A DNA stretch of 64,000 nt from Octopus sinensis (Eukaryota), in assembly GCF_006345805.1 (NCBI RefSeq), contig NC_043002.1, forward strand, positions 109,616,001 to 109,680,000, written 5' to 3'. Every line of letters starts with the position of its first letter. Position 1 is the stretch's first letter. The notes below the pieces were generated by a model. That model had not been told where the DNA came from. It saw nothing but the letters and a program-made list of their open reading frames with translations, and did no database searches. A program made the position numbers and the translations under genes. This document shows positions 36,457 to 48,442 of this stretch, piece by piece.

Positions 36457-38698
36457 TGAGTGTGTGTGCATGCATGCATAAATATATACACTCATCTGAC
36501 CAGTGCACCCATGGAAAAATGGCTGTTAAACAATGATGATGATGATGATTGGCCTGGTGCAGCCTTCGGGCTCCCCAGACCCCAGTTGAACCGTCCAACC
36601 CATGCTAGCATGGAAAGCGGACGTTAAATGATGATGATGATGATGATGATATATAAATACACAAACACATATCTATATCTATCTATCTATCTGTCTGTCT
36701 GTCTCTCTCTATATATATACACACACACACACATATATAGTTGAAATTTACAGAAAAACAAAAGATGAAGACAAGTGTATGAACAAGAAGCAGGTGTATT
36801 AGTTTGAAACTCGGGAAAGTGAGAAAGTCTTTTACGTTTTGAGCCTATGCTCTTCAACAGAAAGGAACACGAGGAAATAAGCAGAGAGAATAAAAAGAAC
36901 TTGTGGATTTAGTAGTTAAAAGAGTGAAAGAGAGAGAGAGAGAGAGAGAGAGGTAAATGGACACATAGATATACACAGGCCACACGAACAGATTTCCTTA
37001 TTGCTATGTCATACAAGTCAATTTAACCTTTCGTTCTTTTAGTGTCAAAATAAAGTACCAGTCAAGTACTGAGGTCAATGTAATTGGCTGTCTCACTTCA
37101 CCTCAAAACGCTGCCTTTTGAACTAAATTAGAAATCATTATTATTATCATACTTATTATTATTTTCCAAGGTCATATGAAATAATACGTCTTAAAATTAG
37201 CTCCATCACGAGGAACACTACAGACACACCATGCTTTCCACTCTGCACAGATGAGACTTCTGAAGCGCAGTTTAATTTCCGCTTATGTTACAGTGACATT
37301 TTACGCACTACAAAACTGATCTCATGCTGCATGTGATTAACAAACATTACGCAACACCATAAAAACTGAACCTGGAAAACAGTGGATATTGTACTTGTTG
37401 AACAATACATTAGCAGCCGTCACTTACTGAACATCATTCATTAAATTCTATATATTAATTAGTATTTTTATAACGAGACTGAAATTATTTACTTCTTGGT
37501 TTAATGAATAACAATGTCAGTTTTATTCCATTTCTTGCCTATCCAAATGCCACATTCCTGTTATTTGTGCTGGTATCAAAAGCAGTGGCCCTAGACCCTT
37601 TTAATATCAGGGCCAAATCTAGACCTGAATTTTTTTAGAGGGCTGCACCACAAAAAAGTAAAACAAAAGTCTATTAAAGGAACATATATTGAATTTATAG
37701 AGGGAAGACTGTCAACGGCCACCAGAAGGATGCTTGAGGGCCACATGAGGACCTGGGAGCTGCGGTTGGTAACTACTGATCTAGAGTCTTCTTCAGTTAG
37801 GGCTTGTTAAGGGTTTTCTGTACCAGTAAAGTTCCTCGCAGACATAGGCATGGTTTGCATGCAGGACAACTAGCAGCTGCCCATGCATGCATGTCCCCCA
37901 CCACCTCTCCTCATGCCACCAATGATGTCTGAGGGGAAACCCAAGGCCAATACAGTTTCTTTGTTATTGTTATCACAGGTGTGACCACCAGACTGCAAAG
38001 ACCAGGTACAGTTTCCATAAAACATCCTCTCTGTTCTTCATTACAGTTCTACAATTTCACCACCCAGAATTAAAATAAAAAAATTAAATGTTCCTTCTCA
38101 AGCCATGCCAGGCCCATAAGGGCCGGTTTCCCAGTTTCAGTGGCATAGAAATTCCCCACCTGGACGGGACACCGGTCCACCGGTCTGTCGCAGGATTACT
38201 CATTTTTGCTAGCTGAGTGGACTGGAGCAACGTGAAAATGAAGTGTTTTGCTCAAGAATACAACGCATCGCCCAGTCCAAGAATCGAAACCACAACCTTA
38301 CGATCATGAGTTCAACACCCTAACCACTAAGCCATGCGCCCTCCCCCCCACAGAATTGGTACCCTTTAAACAATCTGGAAAGGATAAAATTAAACTCAGA
38401 ATGTAGGGAATCGTGAGAAATGATAGTTTTAAATTTTAGCATAATGACAACAATGTTAGGTGAGGGGACAGTCAATTACATCAAACCCAAATCTCAACCG
38501 ATACTTCTGTTACTGACCCCAAATGGAGGAAAGGCAAAGTTGACCTTGGTAGAATTGGTGCTCAGAATGTAGAGAGCCGGAAGAAATTCCATTGAGCATT
38601 TTGTCTGCTGTGCTGCTGTTTGTCAGCTTGTCACCTTAATCATAAGGAATAATGCAAGACATTTCCATCTAGTTTTTATAATGACTCTTCAATTTGAC

Positions 38699-38729
<31 letters not shown>

Positions 38730-40467
38730 CAAATAAGATCTATATATATATACTAGCAGTATCGCCCGGTGTTGCTCGGGTTTGTAAGGGAAATAACTAT
38801 ATAAGCATTTTTAGAGAGTTATAGCCAAAAAATAACAAAAAATGCATTCAAAATGGAAAAAGAATGATGGTAAATTTTTTTTAAATCGTTGACTCATCGT
38901 AGACATTTTTAGAGAGTTACTTCCCTTATATAACAGCGAAAAAAATGCATTAAAATGGAAAAAAATGATGGTAAATTTTTTTTAAATCGTAGACTCATCG
39001 TAGACGTGCGCTAATACCCAGAAGGGCTCGATATGAATCATGACTATAAGATACCCGGTTTTGGTTAAACTGCACCGCAAAATGTGGGAGTAGTTAGGAA
39101 TCTAAATCGTAGGAGACAGACACACAACTTGACTTTTATATATAAAGATATATATCAAATAAGATCAGTAGCCAAATTTTAGAAATTTCACTACCAGTGG
39201 TCCAGCATGTATAAAAAGTCAATAGACAACATATTTTCCATATAAAATTAGAGTACATTTAAACACAAAAGAGGCGACCTTTAATAGGCAGCCTTACATA
39301 CTAGAAGACATACATAAAACAGGTTTCTTTTAGTTCTTATGTACGTAATTCACTCATAAGGCTTTGGCTGGACCAGGGCTATAGTGGAAGACACTTGCCT
39401 AAGGTGCCATGCAGTGGGACTGAACTCGGATCCAAGTGGCCAGGTAGCAAATTTCCTACCACACAGCCATGCCTGATTATCAATGACCAAATAATCAAAA
39501 CTGCTTTTATATATGGAGAGAGAGAGAAGCTTCGTGTTTGCGTGTCCTTCACATCACTCGTCTACAATCTGTATGCTCTATAAACCTTGGACAGGACAGT
39601 ATTGAAGTTTGTATTCTACAAAACAGAATATATTGAGATGTATTCCTAAATAATATTAATTTGTCAGCCTGTCTAGCTATCTCTTGCTACTATATTAAAA
39701 TTACCACCACCACCACCACCACCACTGCAACCGCCGCCACCACCACCGCCAAAGGTAATGTACAGATTACCTTCACCACCATCACTTCCTCCTCCACCAC
39801 CATCACACAGATGCCATCATACAAAGACGCAGAAATGTAAAGAATCTCAATGTCATTACATTTAACAAGACATTCGCAGGTGTGGGAGGAGTGGTGGCAG
39901 GTAACTGTTATAGTGGTAGTGGCAACTGTGGTGAAGTCAGTGGTGGTGGTGATGGTGGTGGTGATGGTGGTGGGTTAATGTTATACAAATGTTAATATCA
40001 AACACTTGGCAGAATCTGTAGAGCATCAGATAAAATGCTTTCTGATATTTGTTTTTTGGTTCTTGAGGTTCTAAGTTCAAATTCCACCAAGGTTAAGTTT
40101 GCTTTTCATCTTTTGGGGAGCGGGGGGGGGGGGGGGGGGGTGTTAATAAAATACCAGTTACATTTTGGGGTTCATTTTAATTGCTTAAATCCTTTCCACA
40201 ACCTTCAGGCATTGTACCCGTATTAAAAACTGGGTGGTTGGATTGGAAGGATCTGTTCAATGTCGGACAAAGTACCTTCTGGTTATTTAGAGGTGGTTCT
40301 TTGATTTCTGATTTCAAATCCTGTCAAAGTAAACTTTCTAATTCATTCTTTTGAGGTCAATAAGATTGTTTTATTCCTTTCTTTCTTATCTTTTATGTAA
40401 ATCTCCTCACAAACTGTCTATTCTTGTGACATCCCCCTCATCTATGCCCATGTGGCTAATGAAAGAA

Positions 40468-40498
<31 letters not shown>

Positions 40499-40514
40499 AA
40501 TTATTAATTATTAT

Positions 40515-40549
<35 letters not shown>

Positions 40550-43500
40550 TTACTATCATTATTATTCAAATGCTGTCAAGCTGAACTTAATCTTTCATCC
40601 TTTTAGAGTTGATAAAATACATACCAGTTAAGTACTGGGGGTTAATGTAACTGATTATCTCCCTCCCCACAAATTTCAGGTCTTGTGCCTATAGGAGAAA
40701 GGGTTATTACTATTATTATTATTATTATTATCATCAACATCATCATCACCAGCACCAGCACCATCATCATCATCATTATCATCAGTAAGTTGGCAGAATC
40801 GTAAGCATGCCTGACAAAGTGCCTAGTGGTATTTCAGCCGATTAGATCGACTCCAGTACGCAACTGGTACTCAGTTTATCGACCCTGAAAGGATGAAAGG
40901 CAAAGTTGACCCCAGCAGAATTTAAACTACCGCTAAGCATTTCGCCTGGCATGCTAACGTTTTTGCCCAGTTTGCCACCTTTCTGCCTCTTTATATTCTG
41001 TGGATTCAAATACTTTTTAAAAATCCACTTTTGCCCTTTTAAGGACATCAAAATAAAGTATTTGTCAAATACTGGGTGCTCAATGATAGCGACTAGTTCC
41101 TTGCCCTCAAAATTACGGACCTAGAACCTAAATTAGAAACGATTGTTGTTATTGTTACAGGGGTTACTGTTGTAGTGTGGAGGCATAATGGCCAGTGGTT
41201 AGGGCAGCGGACTTGCGGCCATAGGATCGCGGTTTCGATTCCCAGACCGGGCGTTGTGAGTGTTTATTGAGTGAAAACACCTAAAGCTCCACGAGGCTCC
41301 GGCAGGGGATGGTGGTGATCCCTGCTGTACTCTTTCACCACAACTTTCTCTCACTCTTACTTCCTGTTCCTGTTGTACCTGTATTTCAAGGGGCCAGCCT
41401 TGTCACTCTCTGTGTCACGCTGAATATCCCTGAGAACTACGTTAAGGGTACACGTGTCAGTGGAGTGCTCAGCCATGTTAATTTCACGAGCAGGCTGTTC
41501 CGTTGATTCGGATCAACCGGAACCCTCGTCGTCGTAACCGACGTAGTGCTTCCACTCCACTGTTGTAGTCTAATCAGAGAGGAAATATCAAATGGTACAA
41601 AGGAGACCCATTCTATGAATCAGGAGGAATCCAACACATTGAACAGAGGTAACTCCATCACACAGAGCAGTAATAATCATCTCCGATACAGTGGTAATCT
41701 TCCTCATGGTGATGGGGGTAAACCATCATGTGACAGTGATAACCTGTCACATGACATAAGGAGAAGATAATCTTTCGTAATTTCACAGCTTCTTCAAACT
41801 ATCATAAACTATAAAATATACCCAGTTTATCATTTAGGATCAATATTTAAAAGATCTCCAGGGATCATCTTGTGGTCGTTCCGTCTTTACTGTGGGACGT
41901 TTTGTTCTAATACTGGTTTTAAATTTTGGCACAAGGTCAGCAATTTGGGAGGAGGGGGTAAGTTAGTGACACGGATCCTAGTTTCTACTGATACATATTT
42001 TATTGACCCTGAAAAGAGGAGGTTGTTGATGATGATGGTGGCGGTGGTGGTGGTGGTGATGATGAGGAGGATGATCATCATCTAACGTCTGTTTTCCTTG
42101 CTGGTATGGGTTGGATAGTTCGACTGGGCTCTGGGAAGCCAGGAGGCTGTACCAGGCCCCAATCTGATCTGGCAATGTTTCTACAGCTGGATGCCCTTCC
42201 TAAAGCCAACCATGCTTTTTTACGTGCCACTGGCCCAGCACAAGGGCCAGTGGGAGCTGGCAATGACCACGATCGGTCAGTGCTTTTCACATGCCACCGG
42301 CATGGAAGCCAGTCAAGGCGGCGCTAGTATCAACCATGTTCGGATGGTGCCTTTGATGTGCCACCGGCACGGGGATCACAACTACAATTTCCATTTGATT
42401 TTGATGATTTTGATGTCGATCAATTTCCATAGAATTTGAACTCAGAACATGCTTAAGTATTTTGTCCAGCATGCTAATGATTCTTGTGGTCTTACTTTGT
42501 CCTAACACGGACAACTTAAACCTTCAGGATCGTTAAGCAGAAGGATAAATACATAACCTCCATCACATTAGGACTTCTAGGTCCCTTACAATGAAAGGTG
42601 ATATCAACTGAACAAGTGACCCTTACAGAGAGAGAGATCTGTTTTTCTACCAGGCACAAACTGATCTTATTAGTGCTAGTTTGGTGGTTGTTGTTGTTGT
42701 GTCGCCTTTGTTGTCTTATCTTCTTACATTCCGCCCCCTCCCCTCCCCCTCTACACAATAAGGAACAGTAAAAGTGTAACAAATGAATACATCAAAGACA
42801 TCAACACAAACACCAACACACAAAAACACCATCCCACCAGATGGCTCCCCCTCCCTAACCCTATCAATACCACTATTTAAAACCTAGCCACCACCACCAC
42901 CACCACCACCGCCACAACTTCCTACCCAACACACACACACACCAGCTACACAGGTATGATATATATTTACCTGTTAGGCAAGCCAAGTCAAACCTCACTC
43001 CACTACCCCTTTTGCTTGCTTTAATACATGCAGTTCTGACACCTGGTGATTGTTGTTGTTGTTTTTGTTTAACCCTAGGCCAGTCCTGATGGAGCAGACC
43101 TATGATCAAAAGTATTCTGGATGTGACTGACTTGTCATTTTTTTTTTTAAGTTACCTTTAATTACACTGTTTAATGTGTCCTTCCCTTTATTAAAAAGGT
43201 GGAGTGCCATTTGAGGGAAATTTGGCTGCTATTTCTACCAGATGGAAAGACCACAGAGAGGTTTCCTCATGACTTGATGGTGATGTAGTGTAAGATGATA
43301 GGGGGGGAGGGGAGAGAAGGTGGAGGGGAGAACATGAGATAAATTAAAACATGTCAACAGGTGCCCTCCCTAGTAAGGGGGTGGTGAGGAAGGTGATGTG
43401 TAAGGTGGTGGTGGAAGTGCGGGAGTGTAAGGTAGTGGAGAAGGGTGGTGCAGTGTGGTAGTGGTGGTGGTGGTGGTGTGTGTGGGATGTTTTGTTATTG

Positions 43501-45064
43501 TCATGTAAGGAATGTCTTGAGAATTGCTGGAATGTGACGAGACTAAAAGATATGAGAGACAATTGGACTTTGGTGCCTCCACACACGGTTCTAATGGTGG
43601 CTGTGTTGTCTGTCTAAAGATTGAACACATTAAAGGGATATGTGTACGCTACTTTAAAGAAAGTAGGGAGTCGGTGAAGGGTAGAACGCGCTGATCAACG
43701 CAAACTACATTGTTGGTTTAAAATCATCATCATCATCATCATCGTTTAGCATTCACCTTCCGTTGAGGCAGATTTTCTATGGCCATGCCAGCACCGCCTC
43801 GACTGGCTTCTGTGCCGGTGGCACATAAAAAGCACCAACCGATCGTGGCCGATACCAGACCCCTCTGGCACCTGTGCAGGTAGCACGTAAAAAGCACCCA
43901 CTACACTCGCGGTAGTGGTTGGCGTTAGGAAGGGCATCCAGCTGTAGAAACACTGCCAGATCAGACTGGAGCCTGGAGCAGCCCCTGGCTCCCCAGACCC
44001 CGGTCGAACCGTCCAACCCGTGCTAGCGCGGAAAACGGACGTTAAACGATGATGATGATGATGATGAGATGCCCTTCCTGTCACCAACCCTTACCTGTTT
44101 CCAAGCTAGGTAATAAATACTTCCATAATGGCCAGATAGGTTTTTTTTTCCAAAGAAGATTGGAAATGGTGGGCACTGCTTGCTTTATGGTGACACAACT
44201 ATCAAATGATGTCAAAACAGAGAGACACTAACACACACATATACCTGATGGGCTTCGTTCAGTTTCCAACGATCAAATTCACTTAAAAGGCTAGGCCCAG
44301 ATCTACGGAAAACATCTGCTCAAGGAGCCATGCAGTGAGGCTGAACCAGGAACTTGCTAGAAATAGTAAATTGCATCCTACCATTTTGGAAAAGAGAAAG
44401 AAAGAAAGAAAATGCAGTCCTAAACAAACCCTAAAAATAAATGGGGTGGTCACTGTTGGAATACCTTTGATCAAAGGCCTTTTTCATCGGGTTAATCTGG
44501 GGATTAACCCTTTCGTTACCAACCTGGCCAAAGCCGGCTCTGGCTCTGTAGTACAAATGTCTTGTTTCCATAAGTTTTGCATTAAAATATACCACCAAAC
44601 CTTAGTCGCAATTTATGTTCCTAACACTTGTTTAATGGTAAACTAAGTTATTTTACTAAATTCTTTGTTATATTTAAAATAATTGAAAGGAACACAGAGC
44701 ATCTCAAAATAAATATAGTAACGAAAGGGTTAAGCAACAAAACCTGTAACTTCTTACTCGCAAGATAACCCTACAGCAAAACCCCACACAAACTTACTGT
44801 TCCGTTTACAGACGAAGTTATCACAGCAATCTCCTGGCTTTCTGGTGCCATGGTGCACTCGCTGCGGAAGGTATCCAACAATGCACTTTGGTATGTTGCA
44901 AGCATCCATATTGCACTGACAAGTGAGTCTCTCCTTGCAGCAGATCTCCATTGATGCGCTTCCGGTTGCACCACTCACATTGGCCACAAGTAAAGAATCC
45001 CTTGGACACTGGTACTTTATTGTGGTATCACAGCCAACATTGCGACATGGATCGGGGATGTCAT
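12061..45064 (-). CDS. CRIM1: Multi-exon CRIM1-like gene (partial; 5' end not found): Cys-rich repeats, VWC x3, antistasin x3, VWC x3, TM
   Basis: 12 exons with AG/GT boundaries and compatible phases join into one open frame of about 730 codons. Domain order and Cys spacing match vertebrate CRIM1 as I recall it (e.g. WYDGCRECYC vs human WHDGCRECYC; PGDCCDNFVC vs PGECCDLYEC). Confidence 0.93.
12179..12288 (-). CDS. CRIM1: Candidate alternative terminal exon (DEPSISSKGNNNNNYNNN-ILITLIVPVTAILLVSFR*)
   Basis: atattttcag acceptor, phase 1; diverged duplicate of the TM-exon 5' part; TGA stop falls just after the second acceptor. Confidence 0.5.
12494..13170. repeat. 16-bp minisatellite, about 40 units, consensus CAGTGGAGATTATATG
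   Basis: Direct reading of unit boundaries; variants CATTGGAGATTATAAG and CAGTAGAGATTACATA recur in blocks. Confidence 0.95.
16126..16260 (-). CDS. CRIM1: Probable CRIM1 stalk exon (NETKTAKSIISKDIPIILTTVGPPEVVKEKVNKKPTSYVAGVSA)
   Basis: tttgccag acceptor, gtatgt donor, 135 bp, phase 1-1, open frame; assigned by position, not homology. Confidence 0.7.
17246..17458 (-). CDS. CRIM1: CRIM1 VWC exon 5
   Basis: 213 bp, phase 1-1; YCRGETSFKHGEVWRVSPCQSCMC...RKGQCCAVCM. Confidence 0.92.
18668..18970 (+). mobile_element. tRNA-headed repeat with Penelope-like 3' part; copies 18126-18445(-), 18534-18625(+, partial), 56905-57600(-, split by a family B SINE)
   Basis: A/B boxes (TGGCATAGTGG, GAGTTTGATTCC), then CTGAAGAAGGCTG...CAGC.GAAA. 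The 57.5-kb copy carries a copy of the family's end motif (TCAAATGTAAATAATGTA) inverted at its opposite end. Confidence 0.6.
19200..19415 (-). CDS. CRIM1: CRIM1 VWC exon 4
   Basis: 216 bp, phase 1-1; CHGNNGNDYVEGEVWQLGKCTSCIC...CCPLCP. Confidence 0.93.
21890..22630 (+). mobile_element. RTE-clade LINE 3' end with expanded internal minisatellite and (GAT)n tail
   Basis: MDEDSCVKKCQALIVEGTCG-like remnant, then the same UTR motifs (AGGAAAAGCATCCAGCTGTAGAAAC). Confidence 0.7.
22300..22580. repeat. 20-bp minisatellite, about 14 units, consensus CTGGCTCTCTGGACAGCCTC
   Basis: Direct reading; 5-unit higher-order repeat visible. Confidence 0.9.
22910..23146 (-). CDS. CRIM1: CRIM1 VWC exon 3
   Basis: ttctttcag acceptor, gtaaat donor, 237 bp, phase 1-1; SCMSNGIHYKDGDMWYDGCRECYCREGQELCSLITCNIPKCHNPIFRPGDCCPSCA; not in the ORF track. 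Confidence 0.93.
24616..24870 (-). CDS. CRIM1: CRIM1 antistasin-like repeat exon (3 repeats)
   Basis: 255 bp, phase 1-1; NCSISCKYGY...TCKC / CPAITSCKRRCKFGY...GCLRCKC / CPYIHCNKRCPFGF...GCKLCMC. Confidence 0.93.
25242..25881 (+). mobile_element. Decayed, internally deleted Tc1/mariner-superfamily transposase, maT (DD37D) type
   Basis: Frameshifted pieces: NTQNNRWLA...FGVITSDG / YVWQRDSAP...WPPNSPDCSPLDYY / ...RLEAVVEANGDFTE*. There are 37 residues between the QRD and SPLD aspartates. Confidence 0.85.
26640..27230 (+). mobile_element. 5'-truncated RTE-clade LINE (ORF end plus 3' UTR with internal GTGCCGGTGGCACGTAAAAAGCACC repeats)
   Basis: RLYGHVQRMDE...GRKRPRKTW motif, running into the repeat-bearing UTR. 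Confidence 0.8.
27802..27990 (+). mobile_element. CR1-clade LINE ORF2 C-terminal fragment
   Basis: Translates to RLRGHSEKLYLRRFHLNRRRGAFSVWVADPWNKLPDEMVKMQTTARFKVSLD, the typical RGH..KL...R..FS.RV...WN.LP...FK..LD tail. Confidence 0.8.
28400..28705 (+). mobile_element. DINE-1/HINE-like (Helentron-derived) short element
   Basis: CCTCTGCC...GGAGG subterminal hairpin, (GTTT)n, then GATATCTCAAGAAC...TGGATGGATTCAGATGAAACTT core. Confidence 0.55.
29951..30118 (-). CDS. CRIM1: CRIM1 VWC exon 2
   Basis: 168 bp, phase 1-1; CMNGDRLYKNSETWKEEGCLSCRC...PGQCCPVCE. Confidence 0.92.
32316..32492 (-). CDS. CRIM1: CRIM1 VWC exon 1b (paralogue of 1a)
   Basis: 177 bp, phase 1-1; NICFSDGRIYQHLAEWKHDNCTKCSC...CCPVCK; ag/gtatgt. 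Confidence 0.92.
33100..33611. mobile_element. pogo/Tigger-like MITE
   Basis: TA|CCGTAAATCCTCGAGTATA ... TATACTCGAGGATTTACAG|TA terminal inverted repeats with TA duplication. Confidence 0.8.
33857..34033 (-). CDS. CRIM1: CRIM1 VWC exon 1a
   Basis: 177 bp, phase 1-1; NSCFSRGQSYQHGDVWKLDNCTKCSC...CCPVCN; ag/gtaagt. Confidence 0.93.
34625..34749 (-). CDS. CRIM1: CRIM1 exon (CQCQHRDRCPAVECSQNFRIEVVEKATHQPGSCCDKFKCVN)
   Basis: gtttcag acceptor, gtaagt donor, 125 bp, phase 2-1. This frame is not in the ORF track; matches human CECL...PGKCCDVFECVN. Confidence 0.92.
34888..34993 (-). CDS. CRIM1: CRIM1 exon (NCALVKCPKPKSCPKDSVNMVKKLSKDGCCSAES)
   Basis: cttccag acceptor, gtaagt donor, 106 bp, phase 1-2; matches human DCRTVEC...CPPDS...DGCC. 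Confidence 0.9.
38753..39148 (-). mobile_element. Non-autonomous Helitron; related copies 2899-3287(-) and 3489-3872(-)
   Basis: Same termini. Confidence 0.8.
41176..41555 (+). mobile_element. SINE family C (tRNA head GGAGGCGCAATGGCCCAGTGGTTAG...GGTTTCGATTCCC); copies 1093-1475(-), 30615-30990(-), 58373-58750(-)
   Basis: Four similar about 380-bp copies. Confidence 0.85.
44508..44729. mobile_element. piggyBac-type MITE
   Basis: TTAA|CCCTTTCGTTAC ... GTAACGAAAGGG|TTAA. Confidence 0.85.
44798..45064 (-). CDS. CRIM1: CRIM1 exon, first Cys-rich repeat (DIPDPCRNVGC...PGDCCDNFVCKRN)
   Basis: tttcag acceptor, gtaagt donor, 267 bp, phase 1-1; CP.DS...CC...C.C...C...C..G...PG.CCD...C pattern. Confidence 0.92.
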
Positions 45065-45371
45065 CTGAAAAACAGCAGACACACAGACAGACATATACAG
45101 ATGGGTGATAACAGTAAATATATTGCAAGACATGTTATATGTGTGTGTGTGTGTGTATGAGTGTGAGAGTGTATATAGTGTGTGTGTATGTGTGTGTGTG
45201 TGTGTTATGTGTGTGCAAAAGTAGGTGCACAGTAAGTATCACATGAATGTTATAATAATTAATTCATTAAAATTATTAGCATATTAAAGTAGTTAATCTC
45301 ATTTTTGATATTTTCAGTGTCATTAATCATTAGAGTACATTTATCATTTCAAAATCTCTCTAAAGAAGACT

Positions 45372-45711
45372 ATGGCAGTCCAGAAAAACAGGACGAATGC
45401 TGCCGCTGATTAGCTCCAAGAGGCCATCACCTCTAGCTAGCTATGTGACACACAAACATGTGTCCATATATATAGACCTTTGAACAGACAGTCAACAGCG
45501 ACACCTGCTAGGTTTGACTACTCCACATTGATAAGGGGAAAATACCCCGAAATTAGTCTGTGGATGTCTGAACCAGCATGGGGAAGCTGATGACCTCACC
45601 TGTTTGAAGGTTGTAATGGACACAGGTTTGTGTGTCTCATAGCTAGCTAGAGATGATGGCCTCTTGGAGCTAATCAATGGCAGCATTCGTCCTATTTTTC
45701 TGGACTGCCAT
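45372..45711. repeat. Inverted repeat, 96-bp arms, 148-bp spacer (foldback/MITE-like)
   Basis: 45372-45467 vs 45616-45711, 6 mismatches. Confidence 0.9.
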
Positions 45712-47287
45712 GTTAGCGTGGCAATATTATTAATACATTTATCATAACTATAATAATAATTTTAAAGTAATATCTACCAAATCCACTCACAAGGCTTTGG
45801 TCAGCCCAAGGCATAGCAGAAGACACTTGCTCAAGGTGCCATGCAGTGGGACTGAACCTGGAACCATGTGGTGGTAAGCAAGCTACTTACCACAGAGCCA
45901 TATATATATATACATATACATACACACACACAATATATATGAGGTCTGCTTTGGCATGGTTTCCTGTAGCTAGTTGCCTTTCTTAATGGCACCCACTTCA
46001 TAGAGTGAACTAAGTGCTTTTACTGTGGCATTAGCATCAGTGAGGTGGCCAGGTGACTTTCAAGAGATGACCACCCAGATGAGGAAGGGGTGTAGCATCG
46101 AATGAAGTGGCTTTATGCCAGGTGATGAGAGGCTTAAAGCATGACAGAGGAACGACAGAATAATTGGCACTATGCCAAAATTTGGAAAAGCATCCAACAC
46201 ATTCTGTGAAGTGGTTGGCATTAGGAAGGGCACCCAGTTGTAGAAACCAAGTGAAAACAGACAAAGGAACCAGGGGTGGCCCCTGGCCTTGCCAGTTCTG
46301 GTCAAGCCGTCCAACCCATGTCAGCATGGAAAATTGATGACAATGATGATGATGATGATGCTCATTCAGAAAGACAAAATTTTTCCCAACATTTTAAGGT
46401 GAAATCAAACCCATCACAGCTCCCAAAAGGTGTCTTATTATAAGGGATTTACATTGTTAATCCAGTCGGAAGAGAGAGAGAAGATAGTAGTGATGATGTA
46501 GTCAGGGCATATTCCCAAGTTACAGGAAGAAAATATAAGTGATAGAGAGGTGAGCAGGGTAAGTGGGTAGATACGTTGTTAAGTTCATGGGGAATGTGGA
46601 AGGAGAGTGGGAGACGGCAGAGATGTGGATGGAGATGTGGAATGCAGGGAAGAGGTGAAAGCTGTCAAGTGAACATCATTGGTCTCTTTGAGAGCCTCTC
46701 ATTACTCTAACACCCCTTAACACTTACCTCTCTACCCCCATGTCCTTTTTGTCATACAACCTTCTGTCTCTTGGCAATAAACACACACAATCTCACATCA
46801 TCATCATCATCATCATCATCAATATAATCACAGGCACTCACCAGACATACAAGCAATGCAAAACTAAAAATATGACCGGGTGGGGGGGGATGATTCCATA
46901 CCAAGGTTTGATACTAAATTTGGGGTGTGACTTGTACATGAGCAAATACAACAAATATGTTTATTAATTCTTCAGCATTTAAACCATCCATATCAGGCCC
47001 AAATATTCCACCTATTTGATGTTCAAACCAGCTAAATCTGGCCTCTCACACATAACCTACAATGTCATTTTAATAATAAAGAATTACATCAATGAAATCA
47101 GATCGTGTGTGAGAAATTCAAAATAATGCAGGAGTGGCTGTGTGGTAAGCAGCTTGCTAACCAACCACATGGTTCCAGTTTCAGTCCCACTGCGTGGCAC
47201 CTTGGGCAAGTGTCTTCTACTATAGCCCCGGGCCGACCAATGCCTTGTGAGTGGATTTGGTAGACAGAAACTGAAAGAAGCCCGTCG

Positions 47288-47337
<50 letters not shown>

Positions 47338-48121
47338 CGCAGAAGTGGCTGTGTGGTAAGTAGGTTGCTGACCAACCACATGGTTCTGGGTTCAGTCCCA
47401 CTGCGTGGCATCTTGGGCAAGTGTCTTCTGCTATAGCCCCGGGCCGACCAATGCCTTGTGAGTGGATTTGGTAGATGGAAACTGAAAGAAGCCTGTCGTA
47501 TGTATGTATGTGTGTGTGTGTGTTTGTCCCCTTAGCATTGCTTGACAACTGATGCTGGTGTGTTTACGTCCCCGTCACTTAGCGGTTCGGTAAAAGAGAC
47601 CGATAGAATAAGTACTGGGCTTACAAAGAATAAGTCCTGGGGTCGATTTGTTCGACTAAAAGGCGGTGCTCCAGCATGGCTGCAGTCAAACGACTGAAAC
47701 AAGTAAAATGACAAAAGAATAAATGAGCATTACATTTGACAGAGTAGTCTGACTGCAAAAGGGTCAAATGAATGCTGACACTCAACAAGTCTCATGTGGG
47801 GGAGGGGCGGTCCTACACAGGCATTGCTCCCTCTCTGGGACTGTGCATCTATGGGGTCATGAACATAGAACCACATCCAGAGAAAGGTAATACATGTTAA
47901 ACTAATTAGCAGAGATGTAGATGTTAGACTGAGATCTGATGGCAACAAGTATTCTGAAATGTCAAGAATATTTCTTAGGATTCTTGTGGAAAACAAAACA
48001 GCATTTTTTCTGTATTCTTTAATTTCTTAGCAAGTAGTTTGGGCATTATACCAAATGCACCAATTACCACAAGAACAGTTATTATTAATATTATTATATT
48101 TTGGCCTTGTGCCTATAGTAG

Positions 48122-48181
48122 AAATAATAATAATAATAATAATAATAATATAATAATAATAATATAATAATAATAATAATA

Positions 48182-48254
<73 letters not shown>

Positions 48255-48321
48255 TAATAATAATAATAATAATAATAATATAATAATATAATAATAATAT
48301 AATATAATAATAATAATAATA

Positions 48322-48352
<31 letters not shown>

Positions 48353-48442
48353 TAATAATAATAATAATAATATAATAATAATAATAATAATAATAGTAAT
48401 AATAATAATAATAATTATTATTATTATTATTATTATTATTTA
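48122..48442. repeat. (AAT)n microsatellite switching to (TTA)n; other (AAT)n tracts at 18455-18533 and 29725-29820
   Basis: Direct. Confidence 0.95.

Noticed and set aside
41176-41255. tRNA gene
   Set aside because: It is the head of a repeated SINE; no complete cloverleaf could be drawn.
41546-41770. Protein-like N/S-rich ORF
   Set aside because: Starts in a SINE tail; no recognisable motif or splice signals.
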